A stretch of DNA of 64,000 bases, taken from contig OZ316892.1 of NCBI GenBank assembly GCA_973895155.1, positions 23,227,168 through 23,291,167 on the forward strand, given 5' to 3'. Position numbers and translations under genes: made by a program. This document shows, piece after piece, positions 1 to 14,809 of the stretch; position 1 is the first letter of the stretch; each line of letters begins with the position of its first letter. A model generated the notes under the pieces. It was not told where the DNA came from and made no database searches. It saw only the letters and a program-made list of their open reading frames with translations. This DNA is from Marsupella aquatica. Lineage: Eukaryota > Plantae > Marchantiophyta.

Positions 1-321
1 TATTCTTATAAGTCTCAAAATTGAATTTAAAAGATCCTATTGTTCTTCTACAAAAATTCTTAAGTCTTCCCTTAGAACCAATAAAATGACCCTATCCTTC
101 GTCGCACGTGATATGTCATTTTTGTGGAAGTGAAACCCCCGAGCTTGGATTCGGTTACAGGTGATTGTTTTGGCACTAGTAAGTTGGCGGAGGACACTAT
201 GGTAGCAGACGTTGGTGCAGTGGTGTTGAATTGAGTTGCATTAGATTGGGTGCGTCGCTGACTGGAAGCGCATAGGCCGGGCGACAAGTGTGGAGCTCCC
301 AATCCCTGTCGCCGCGGAGTC

Positions 322-900
322 CTAGTCTAGGTCCATAGACGAGATTGTGCCAAAGTACTGCTTTGAAGAAACAATTTCCAACTCATGGATAGACAAAATA
401 CCACGATTAATCCAAAACCTGACATTGCAAAGTGGTGCGTCCTTGATGGAATCGTGCATGACCTGAAATTGATCTATCGGCTCCATACAAGCTAGGGCAG
501 GCGCAGATAGTTGCACTAAGTCTCTTGCAGCATCCCAAATTGCAGCTCTCAAAGCAGGCTTGCCAGAATGCGAATGCAAGGTAGCATCAATTAACAACAC
601 CTCGAAACAGAAAAATTCACTGTAATGTCCACTCTGTAAAGCGTCGTGCTCACAATGGTTCACTCTAGGACCTTCGATTGAGATTTTACATAAACCTCTT
701 GGGACGACCTCAGTACAGCCTCGATACACAAATTTCTTGGGGAAAGGATTGGCGGCGATAAAGTTCATTACCACAATAGTACATGGACCCAAAAAACCTG
801 TGTCCTCTCTCATTACTGCATTGTGCACATCGAACAGGGTTGTCATCGACATTGCCTTACCAAATGAAATAATCCCTTGCTGTACTCCTCCGGATGACAC
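322..900 (-). pseudogene. Possible RPA70 C-terminal OB-fold-like fragment (Helitron-type ssDNA-binding protein relic)
   Basis: 192-codon ORF without an ATG start. The pattern FVYRGC..C..(H)CEH...FEVLLIDAT...AAIWDAARDLVQLSAPAL resembles the RPA70 DBD-C layout (Y.AC..C..C...I.D.TG...F...A..L.G.SA..L). Recognised by eye only. Confidence 0.4.
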
Positions 901-2844
901 GGACCACGAACGTTGCTTCTGACTTCAATCTTTGCAGGAATGGAAGCACACTGCAGATGGCAAAACTTGCTGGAATGCTCGATGCACCTCACCACTCAAT
1001 GCCTAGGCAAAAGTAATGAGTGCGACAGACAGTAATACAATAGGTCAGGAGAATTGAGTATGGCGGGAATTGTCAAAACTAGTATGCAAGAGTGTCGATG
1101 TTCACTCATTTTTTATACGAGTATGGATTCCATGTACATACAACTTGGACAAGGCCAGGGGGCGACTGTGTCGAACGTAGCCACCCGCGAGGACTTGGGG
1201 TTTGGGCGGGTGGCTGAAATGGGCCCAGAATGCTTTGGCAAGGCGATAGGGACAGCCCGGTCTGGCCCTTCGGAACAGGTGTCCAGAAAAAAGAGAATGG
1301 CAAGGGACAGCTCGGTCTGGCCCTTTGGAACAGGTGCCCAGAAAAAGAGAACGACAAGGGACACGCTGCCCGAAAATCTCACTGACTCCCCAAACTGGTA
1401 ATCACATGTAAGTAGGCTCGCGTTATTGTAATTGTCCTGCCTCGATGCATTAATGTGCATCGAGACTGGGGATCGCGCTGAATAGCTTTTCAATATCACG
1501 CTTCCTAATCAATGTTCTGTTTATATTTGCCACAAAATTTTTAGATCACCTGCATTTTACTAAAAAACAAAAAATGAAGCATGTTCCAAGATGAACATGC
1601 TATATCCAAAAATGATTGGATGAAATGGATCACAAAGTGATCAATCTATTTGTGAATGTGATGTACACGTATATGTAACTATAGTTCATGACCAAAGTCT
1701 ACAATTCATGACCTATCTAGTAGGTTGAAACAATAGGCTGTATTTCCTCTAGTAACATCACTTTTACGGACTCCCATGGGAAGCTCCTTCCAAAATTCCT
1801 CCCCGAGAGCTCGTACAGCCACATCGGTAATGGTACTGTTTGTCACAAACAAGAAACACTTGTTATGCAAGAAAAACCAAACATGACTATTAGTGTTTGA
1901 GACAAGTCAAAGAAAAACAGTTACTGTAACTTCTAATTGTGCAAACAATGAAAAACTGAAATGCAACATTTCAAATACACAAAGAAAGGAGTGAATAGGG
2001 AGTAGAAGAAGATAGCCTTTGGATAGGTTGTGATTGATATATGTATCAGTTTTTTCTAGTAAATTGTATAAGTTTTCTACTTAATTAGCAATTTTTGAAA
2101 TAACCATGGTAAGAAGAACTCTTCAGAAACTGTAACATTTACCAAGGTAAACATAAGAAACCCTTTGACCACTATGGACAAAGGAATACCAAGGGAACAT
2201 AAGAAACCTTTTGACTACTATGGATAAGAGAATACCAAAGGAATGTAAGAAACACTTCGGCTTCTATAATATTTTGCGTGGACTCTACGATTGGAATGTT
2301 ACATGGCCTGATGAACATAGGGATAGGGAACTTTCTGCATGGAAGCCTACTACCATGAATAATTTCTTCTTGTTACCTCTCTTCTTCATATTCCAACCTA
2401 TTCCAATATGCAACTCTTCATGCGCTCTAACTTGTTGAATACTATGGAACGTACATAACCAAGGGGCCCTCAAACTAATTTACTTTGGAGCTGTGTTTTT
2501 CCAGAGTGAATAATTCTCTGGAAAACTGCAATGAAAGTCTCCCAAATTCTGTAGGTGGTAAAGGTTACCGGTGGGTAATTATGTATAGTCCACACTGTCA
2601 TAATCTGGTGCCTGCAAATTATTATGCAGCCAGGCCAGTTTTTTCTGGATAGGAGTTCCTATGATAATTGATCTTTTGTGTGTTGATTACTTGTGTATTT
2701 GGTGGATGTTGCATATATACATGTTATCTTATGAGTAATGGTGGTTTTACTCAACAAATGACTCTCATCATGGAAATAACTATCAATGGAACTCACTGAT
2801 AAAGTGAGTATGGATGATATTGTTTTGAGATACAGTGAGAGCTC

Positions 2845-3285
2845 ACTAACTGCACAATCTATAAGTGCAAATCCTGGCTAATTGCAAGGAATCCTTTCTT
2901 ACGACCATTTTGCACTTTTCTAAGTGCAAAGAGGAGTGCGCTAAGTGACCATAAGTGCAAACCCTCTACAAGTGATTTTTAACACTTACAGATAAGCGCA
3001 CAATCCCTTTGACTTACACTTATTGATCAGCACGTGTCATTTTTACATAGAGTAAAAATTGCACTTATGAGATAGGCAATTACGTTTGGGCAAGGATGTA
3101 CAATTTAGAAAGGAAGTCACTAGAATGTTGCTTAACAAATGGCCCATTCCAGGTCAAGGCACAACTCTTATCAATAATTGAATGCAAATTCAGGTTTGAG
3201 CACTTTTGATGTAGTGCAAACCTGGTTGTGTGCACACCAGATGCTTCTTCCCAGGAGTGTGCACTTAGAGAGTGTCGACTCTACA
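2845..3285 (+). repeat. Copy of a dispersed repeat family: TAAGTGCA/TGCACTTA motif cluster followed by CCAGGAGTGTGCACTTAGAGAG
   Basis: The GGAGTGTGCACTTAGAGAG core at ~3254 recurs at ~23487-25000 and, reversed, at ~50934-51420. Confidence 0.6.
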
Positions 3286-3852
3286 GAGGGAAGCCAAAGT
3301 AAACCCGAGAGTAAACCTCCTTGGATTAGATTTGAACCCCCTTCAAAATTTGCTTGATTGTGTCGGCCTACCATACATCCAATGTAAAGGATGACATTAT
3401 TGTGTCAAGAGTATTTCAAACCAGCCACAATACCCATTGGTATGCACACATGAAGGGCTCCTGGTACCCAGACTCCCATGCACACATGAAGGGCTCATGG
3501 TACCAAGACTCCCAAAATTTACACTCAATTTGACACAAACACGAATAAAAACTATAAGTTTGACTCACAAAATTGATGATTCTTGTTTGTTGTGGTTGTT
3601 GTTGATGTGACACAATGTGGTGCCAGGAATTTTGGAAGGGACCTCTAGTGGGGTCCGTAACTATCTATTATTATTGCAAATAGTAAATCTTGTACTGGTG
3701 TTCCCTGTGTAACACAGACCGACGGCGTCAGTCCTCACTTCTGCCGACGGCTGCTTTCCATCGACGACCTTCGACGGCAGCCGTCAACAGAACCAAAGGG
3801 ACGTGGCGTTCATGAAGGTGGCAGAAACAATGACACTCCGGAAATACACCCT

Positions 3853-4003
3853 GCTCTAGTGTAAAACATCGTAAACAGTGTAATCGAGCTCTAGTGTAAA
3901 ACACCGTAAACGAGCTCTAGTGTAAAACATCTTAAGAAGTGTAAACAAGCCCTAGTGTAAAACACCGTAAACAGTGTAAACGAGCTCAAGTGTAAAACAT
4001 CGT
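3853..4003 (+). repeat. Five-copy tandem array (CTAGTGTAAAACAYCGTAAAC core) in the MSI1 upstream region
   Basis: Five visible copies of (C/A)AGTGTAAAACA, each preceded by GAGCT/GCC. Confidence 0.8.
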
Positions 4004-4015
4004 TCCGAATCGCTT

Positions 4016-4084
4016 TCTCTTCTCTTCTCTTCTCGTCTCTCCTCTCCTCTCCTCTCCTCTTCTCTCCTCTTCTCGTCTCCTCTT
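4016..4084 (+). repeat. Pyrimidine pentamer microsatellite (CTCTT/CTCCT)n at the MSI1 leader
   Basis: Read directly from the sequence. Confidence 0.85.
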
Positions 4085-4349
4085 CGCAAAGTGCTGCTTT
4101 CGCGCTCACCTTCGAAGACATTTGGGTTGGAACTCGGCATCACACTCGTTCACAGACCTAATAGAACGAAGCATCGAGCTGTACAACACTCCGAATCGCT
4201 CCGGAGCTCTCGTCGACATTTCTGCAATTTGTTTGTTCTTTGTTTCTTTCTAAGCCAGACTCTACATTGTTCACTCTATGAATTCATTCAGGCTCGGGGA
4301 GGAGTTAGACGAGAGCACGAGAAGGCGGTCCCTTTCTTGAGGGCTTTGA

Positions 4350-7804
<3,455 letters not shown>

Positions 7805-8867
7805 AATTTAGGATCCTAAAACTTGCCATTGGCGGCCCCATCACGGGAGTATATCTTTACTGTTGAAGATTATAATGGTTAATAGACAAACCTTTTACCA
7901 ACGTTGATTCGATTTGCTAGATTTCCTCTGTTTCTGAACTACTTAGAGACATTTCTCTCTTTGCGAGCTATCACATATTTCCGGCAGAAGAAGTTGTTTT
8001 CCGAGGAGTGTCTACTAGTGAGACGTCGACTAATTTTCATGAAGCCATGAACCCTTTATTGTTCTCACATGTCGGGACTTTTGCTAGAGGAGATTTTCTC
8101 AGTTTTTTTGTAAAATCTTGTGAATGCAATTTCAGGTTTTGTGGCAAGTCTTTTCTTTGGACTAGTTTTGTTGATGTTTGATGTCTAGCTTGGTCGCAAA
8201 AATCGCAAGGTAAACTTTGACATTCTTTGAGGTTGGAGAGGTTGCATGGACATTTTGCTTCGTTTGTTGTTTGTTGTCAATACGTAATTGTATCTCTCGT
8301 TTGGAAATGTGCATGGATGTTCCAGTTAGGATTTGGGTTCAGGTTTCTTATTAAGGAAATGAATCTATTCAACTATCGATTCCAAAATTCGGGTTTGAAA
8401 CGTTCCCTTTTTCACCAAGTTACCCCCAAAACTGCAGAAAATCGAGTTGCTCCAGAACAAACTAATTCAATTAGTAACTCGCCCTCATGGACAATCCAAC
8501 TATTTGAGTTATGTGTGGCCGACCCAATCCCGTGCAATTACATTACTTTGGACGGTAACTTACGGATAGTGTTCCAACTTTAGGGGTGACACAATAGAGA
8601 TCCTTCTGACTGTAGTTGAGTTTTCCCTCCAACTCTTCTCTGGGACGATGAAGTTTGGGTCAGCTATTTTGCTTGATGATGTGGGACAGGCAGATTAATG
8701 AATGGCAGTGGAATTCCCTGATCCACGAGAAAATAATCCCTTCGTTTTAAGGCCGCAGTTTTATTTTTGAGGATATGCGGTAAGCAGAACTATATTTCAG
8801 AATATCAATTAGTGGCAAAACAATGCCTGATCGCCGAGAAAAGAGTTGTCTTTGTGATCACTGCATG

Positions 8868-9010
8868 CTGTCCTAACTTTGGATGATGAGCCTTCAGCAT
8901 ACACTGAAAATAAAATGATTGACCTTAGGATTTTGGCTGCTGTCCTAGCTTTGGATGATGAGCCTTCAGCATACACTGAAAATAAAATGATTGACCTTAG
9001 GATTTTGGCT
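8868..9010 (+). repeat. Near-perfect tandem duplication (~71 bp x2)
   Basis: GCTGTCCTA.CTTTGGATGATGAGCCTTCAGCATACACTGAAAATAAAATGATTGACCTTAGGATTTTGGCT occurs twice. Confidence 0.85.
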
Positions 9011-9967
9011 AATGAGACTATGATTAGGTGGGAAACTGGCTAACGGAAGACAAAAAAACTTACTAAAATTGATCTATAGAGGTAGGATCTAGCAAAATTG
9101 ATCTATAGAGGTAGGATCTAGCAAATAGTTGCAACGAATTAAAGGCTACCCATTGCAATCTGCTCTCCCTAAGCTTTGAGTCACTTTGTAGTGCTGGCCT
9201 TTGTTTCTAGATGACTGGTGCAAGTATGATTGACCTGAATATTGGCCATGTGCTGGACCAGGCCCCAATAGCAAGCACCAGTGCGGATGTTGGGGCTCTT
9301 TTTATAACAGGGGAGATAGCAACTTGAGATATATTTTTTTCATTTATAAAGTGTGGTTTGTCCATTGCAAACATGTGGCAGAGGAAAGTGTGGTATTTCC
9401 ATTGCAAACATGTGGCAGCATTCCTCTGTACAAAACAAGGCAAGCAATTGAGGGCTTGAGAGTGCCAATCTCCTAGTTGTCATTTATAACAAAGAGCCAA
9501 AAAACTAAAGGCGCCCAACCAGGTGACATGAATCCACAGGTAAGTGATCCAAAAAAGGGGAATCAACAAGGGACGACCCCAGGAAGGCCAAAGGAAGCCA
9601 CAAAAAAAAGGCCACCCATACAACCACAAGGAACACAAACCAACAAGCCTACCTAACGGCAAACGGAGACTGGTAAACTCTGGGTTGAACTGCATAAGTG
9701 AATTAGGCAAGGGAATTTGACTATCCTGGCCAATCTATTCAGAACTTTGAGGGAAACCATCTAAACTTGAAGACTTTGTGCCAAAAGATTAGACCATCTC
9801 TAGAGGAGGTCCAAAGTTTTTTCCAATTGGACATGTGGAGGTGTACCACTCAAATGGCCCCCACAAGAACTCAGTCTGGTTATCTTTCTTTGGTACAGTA
9901 CCCAAAGTGGGCATTGGGTTAGGTTTGGAGACTTTGGCTCCTGCCTTCATGGTTATGTGAAGTGCCG

Positions 9968-12808
9968 CTATCTGTAGGGTCTCCAATCCTCAATGCCTCG
10001 ACTGAGACACTCTGGGAGAGTATCCCTCCACACCGCCAAATCTGGCGGTGGGCCAGTGAGGGTGACAGAGTTGTCACCATGGTCTCGCAAATCCGTGACC
10101 GACAGCTCACCGGGAAAGGCCTCGGCAATGGCGGCCACCGTCTCCCTCATTGTGACACTGCCATCTTTCCGCTCTAGACCATCTTTCCGCTCAGCAGCCT
10201 CAACATACGACCCCCCACAGTTCACCATGATGCGCCCCCGGGGTTTCAGCTTTGCCCTCAACCTCCGCCACGTGTCTGCCTCTTGCAGCTCGGGGACCAC
10301 CGCCCCCTCGGTGAAGAGGTCCACAATGAGACCCGCAAACCCGCCCTCAACCCTCACATTGGGGTCGTTCAATGCGTCCCCAATGTGCACCCTCAATCGC
10401 CCATAGCTGTGGGTCTCCTCTCCATCATCATTCCTCAATCCATGGAACAGACTGAGCTTCACCTCATCGCTCTCGTCCGCCCACACGCCATAGCTGCCGC
10501 TCGAGTTTCTCCTCCGCTGGAATTTCTTCTCCTCGAAAGGAGTTTGGGCTCTCGATTCCTTCCACTCAAGCTCCTCCAGGTCGAAGAAATTCCTGGCTGC
10601 TTGGACCACGCCCGGGTCGAGCTCCCATCCGTGCACGTCGATCTCTGGCCAGAAATGGTGGAGCAGCCGTGCAGTTGTCCCAGCCCCAAGGCCGAGGATG
10701 CCGATCGGGCCCTCGGGAATGACCGCAGGCAATGTGGCCAGAATGTCGTAGTACGCTTCCGTCAGTACTCTGTGGATGTGAAGTCTCTGAAATTAGAAAT
10801 TAGGTGAACGTTTGAGCAGGACCGAAGTTTTGCGAGTCTCTGGGTGCTGAAATTTGCACCAAAACTAATTTGTGCTTCAATTCAAAAAGCAAAGCTTAGT
10901 AGTGAAAGACCTGAGTGTGGAAAGAATGAATTTCAGTGTACACAATTGAGCGAAAACGCTTCAGATGAAATCTACTTCACGCTGACATTACCTAAAAAAG
11001 CTAAAGTTGTGCTCGAATAATTCACAAAGCAAAGTTTAGTAGCTTAGTACAGAGAGACATACGCGGGAAGTATGAATTCCAATAAACAGAAGTCCAACAA
11101 TAAAATTGAGAGGAAACACTTCGGATGAAAAATCTACCAGAACATTATGAATAATACACTTGGTTTCTGGTTTGATTTGACTACAGAATGAACGGAATTT
11201 CGTTGCTTTTGCTCATAACTGAGTGATGTGTTCGAGATATTACTTGTCCTTGTGGTAAATGCTATGGACATTGCCAGGTTTGTCCAACAGTAGTACTCGA
11301 GCGCCGGCAAGTACACTGTCTGCGCTTCGAGACACCTCCAGCACCCGCACATAGTTGTACTTTGTCATGTAATTTGCCAGAATGCTCACATCATCGACCG
11401 CTAAAACGGCTTCGTAGCTCTTGTTCTGTAACACGGTCAGCTACTGTTGTTAGGAGGCTGATTCTCAGTTTGTGCCGCAGAGTTTTGTAGACTTACCACC
11501 ACATTGGTGTCCCTTTGGGCCTTATCTCATCGTCGAAGTTTACAAAGAATGGACGTCAGAGAATATGATCCATAGAGAATTTAATTTATTCAGATTGAAG
11601 AAGGGGATGGGATTCAAGTGCCTAAACAAAGGCTTGACGTTAATAAAACATTCATTGTGCACTGGGAATTCAAATGCTCAAATTGAGGAAAGGGGGCGGG
11701 ATAGGAATTCAAATCCTATCAAAGTAATGCCATATGAAACTCTTAAAAACCATTCTTTCATCTACAAAGACTTGTACCACTGAAACTGAAACTGAAACTG
11801 AAACAAGGAGATTGATCCTAAAAAGCAGAATTGAAGCAATGAAACTTTGAACAAGGGGATTGACCCAAAGACCGCTCATTCTTGCAGGACAGGGATGAAG
11901 CACTGAATCTGAAACAATGGAATTGAGCTTAAAGGCATTAATTTTTCAAAACAGAAATCAAGCAAAGAAGCTAAAACAAGAGGGTTCATCATGAAGACGA
12001 TTCATCCGTGCACGAAATGTTCAAATACTCAGACTGGAACAAAGAGAATGATCTTATGAGTCATTAATTCCTGTACACAATCGAAATTCACTAAAACAGA
12101 AACAAATGAAACTACAATCAGTTCATTCCACACAAAAACTGCAGCCTGAAGTTGAAACAAGAGGATTTATCTTACTTTCTATTGAGTCTCACTCACGGAA
12201 ACGAAAATTGAGGAAGGGGAAAATGAATAGCCACAAAGAATACCAGCCATGAAACACCGGACCTTCAAATATATTCGCTCATCATCAACGGAAAGAGTAA
12301 GATTTCTCACCTCAACAGCATCCTCCTGGACACATTCCACACCCTCACTTCGAGATGCTCCCCGCGCCACCGCAGCAGCAGCATGCCCCAGAGTGGCATT
12401 AGCATCATCACAGAACCTTTTTCCCGCATAGCCATAGCAGCCAACGAGCTGCACTCTCAATTGAATGCATCTGTTGCTTCCCCTTGCTCCTCCACCTCCA
12501 ATTCTCCTGCCTCTCCAGGAACCACCCTCTCCACCTATCTGCGCTACTGAAGGAATCTTCCGCAACACCTTCTTATCAACAGCATAAATTACTCCTCGAC
12601 ATGCGATTCCGACCGAGAGAGAGCATGTAGAGGGCGAAATTTGTGCTCCTCTATGATGATGAACCGAGGATAACATTAACAACTTTTGCGACGACCGGAA
12701 GGATTCAATCACAGCATTGGAAGCGAAAGGTATCGAGATGGAGCACTGACTGAGCTGTTGCTGATGACGATGACGAAGCAGAGGACGCAAAGGAAGAAAG
12801 TTCACCAT
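9968..12808 (-). CDS. SAM-dependent methyltransferase, spermidine-synthase-like fold (At5g63100-like), with a transit-peptide-like N-terminus. Exons ~12808-12263, 11425-11244, 10769-9968
   Basis: KYNYVRVLEVSR...LLLDKPGNVHSI, SAM motif I GILGLGAGT, HGWELDP, HIGDA, GLIVDLF, GRIMVNCGG. Exons join in frame at GT-AG. The start codon is less certain. Confidence 0.85.
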
Positions 12809-12989
12809 GACCCTTCTTTCGTTTCCGCACTCTCACATCCAAATTCTAGGCACGTCTACTGCTACTGCTGCCTCGAAAAACAAATTCCTTCTTGGGTCTT
12901 CTTCCCCATCGCCTCATAGATAGATCCTTGAGCGACCAGTCCGAATAATTATGAGAATTGCACCTTCGTCGAGGATCAGGCATGTCCAA

Positions 12990-13141
12990 TGAAGCTTTGA
13001 GTCCCGTGACCACTATTTATAAGCATTCTTTTCTTCGCCAAAATAGCGAATGACAATCTTGTCTGAAGCTTTGAGTCCCGTGACCACTATTTATAAGCAT
13101 TCTTTTCTTCGCCAAAATAGCGAATGACAATCTTGTCTGAA
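12990..13141. repeat. Perfect 74-bp tandem duplication in the methyltransferase promoter; each copy carries TTATAAATAG on the minus strand
   Basis: GAAGCTTTGAGTCCCGTGACCACTATTTATAAGCATTCTTTTCTTCGCCAAAATAGCGAATGACAATCTTGTCT occurs twice. Confidence 0.9.
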
Positions 13142-13272
13142 GGAGAAGATGCTACGAACGTTCATTTCCTTCTTTTACTAGATTAATCTCTGACCGTTAG
13201 ATCTCGATAGATGTAACTCAGATTTAGAGATAACGGTCAGTTTCTGTCTAATGGGGGGTCTCTGGTTAGATG

Positions 13273-13449
13273 AGAAACCTGCTAATAGAGGACAAAAAGA
13301 GTATTGTAATTTATATTTGCCGTTGACCTACAATAACAGAATTAATATAAGGCAACCCTGGTTAGGTACGAAACCTGCTTATAATTAGAGGACAAAAAGA
13401 GTATTGTAATTAATATTTGCCATTGGCCTACAATAACAGAATTAATATA
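13273..13449. repeat. Tandem duplication (~100-bp period)
   Basis: AGAGGACAAAAAGAGTATTGTAATT...CCTACAATAACAGAATTAATATA occurs twice. Confidence 0.8.
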
Positions 13450-14158
13450 GCCCTTGCCCTTGCCAGCAATTCTTTGCCCTGGTGGTCCTTGGAATACATT
13501 GGGTGCATTGTGTCCCCCCCCCAAAAAAAACAAAACAAAAAACAATAACACCAATTGAGAACATAAACTAGGATTCAATTTAGGAGCCATGAATGCCAAG
13601 GAATTGTCAATATGTTCAGGTATAGAGGTAGATATAGGAAGAGCTAATACCTTTCAGGCAAGATATTGTACCAGGTAAGTATTGTAAAAAATTTCTCACC
13701 TGGAGACTATACTTTGCTGCAAGAGTATACCAGCCAACAGTGGTAATGACATTTTGTTTCAAGAAGAAGGTGCTAAGATACCGCCCAAACTAATATTATC
13801 ATTTTTAATGGCTTTATCGTGAAGGGAATATTTTATATGTGAAGAGAAGTAAAACCCAATAAAAACTGGGAGTAAATAGGCTAGACCCCAAAACACATCA
13901 CAGACCAACCGGCAAAGAAAGACCTAACACATTAAGTCTAGTGAGTAATGGCTAAACAGGAGATATAGTGAAAGGCCACAAAACCAGCAAAAGACAAAGA
14001 ACAACAGAAGTAGGGCCACACTCAGACAAAAGTAAGAGGGAGAGACTTGGTAATAACCTACATCTGACCTATTGCACTGCAACAAAAAACCCCCAACAAA
14101 AAGGCTACATCAACTGCAGACAACGACCTGCTACCCCAACCCCAAAGCAACAAAATTA

Positions 14159-14477
14159 CACTAGTCACTGTAATTAGTGTTATGCAAGAATTAGAGTTAG
14201 TACAAAATTAGTGATGTTCTTAAAAGTGTTTCAAAATAGTTTTTTTTTCACTTTTGTTCAAATTACTAGTAAAAATGGATGATCTTGAGTCCAAAGTAAC
14301 ACTAATTCTTGTGTATTCTTCAAAATAGGTTTTCCCCTCTATTTTTTTCACTCTTGAGACCACACTAACACTAATTTATGTGCGCAACAATAGTGTGTCT
14401 AACATTAATTCACAAGTAGACCCTGAAAATTGATGCTCTCATATAAATATTAGTCACACTAATTAAGGTGAACAGTG
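14159..14477. mobile_element. Small MITE with CACTA/CACTG-type ends, flanked by TA
   Basis: Left end TA|CACTAGTCACTGTAATTAGTGT; right end ACACTAATTAAGGTGAACAGTG|TA. The TIR is ~22 bp with ~4 mismatches, and there are internal CACTAATT repeats. Confidence 0.55.
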
Positions 14478-14809
14478 TAATTGCTTCAAGGTGGGTCAAA
14501 CAACCATAATGGAATATATTTCACTATGAACAGACCATCAACCAGCCGGTACAAGTTCCCTCCAAATTTTGATCTGTATCTACACCTCTCTAATCCACAC
14601 CTTCTCCTGTTCCAGCGAGCAACATATTGTGATCCTTGTGGTTTAATGAGAAATTAACAAAATCAAGTCGCAGCTTCTCATTCACAAAGCAACCTTGATC
14701 TGTGGCTTATCTTATACTGTATGAATACAATCCATACCGCATAAATATAAGTTTTCAAAGCGCCCAATCCAGTATTATGATCCTTGTGGTTTAATGTAGA
14801 TTTAAGAAA

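Noticed and set aside
8641-9010. Possible box C/D snoRNAs (ATGATGA...CTGA motifs)
   Set aside because: The duplicated unit lacks a terminal box D, and I found no convincing rRNA or snRNA guide complementarity by eye.
13860-14156. Possible LINE 3' UTR remnant on the minus strand
   Set aside because: The evidence is compositional only, with no RT fragment, poly(A) tail or TSD.
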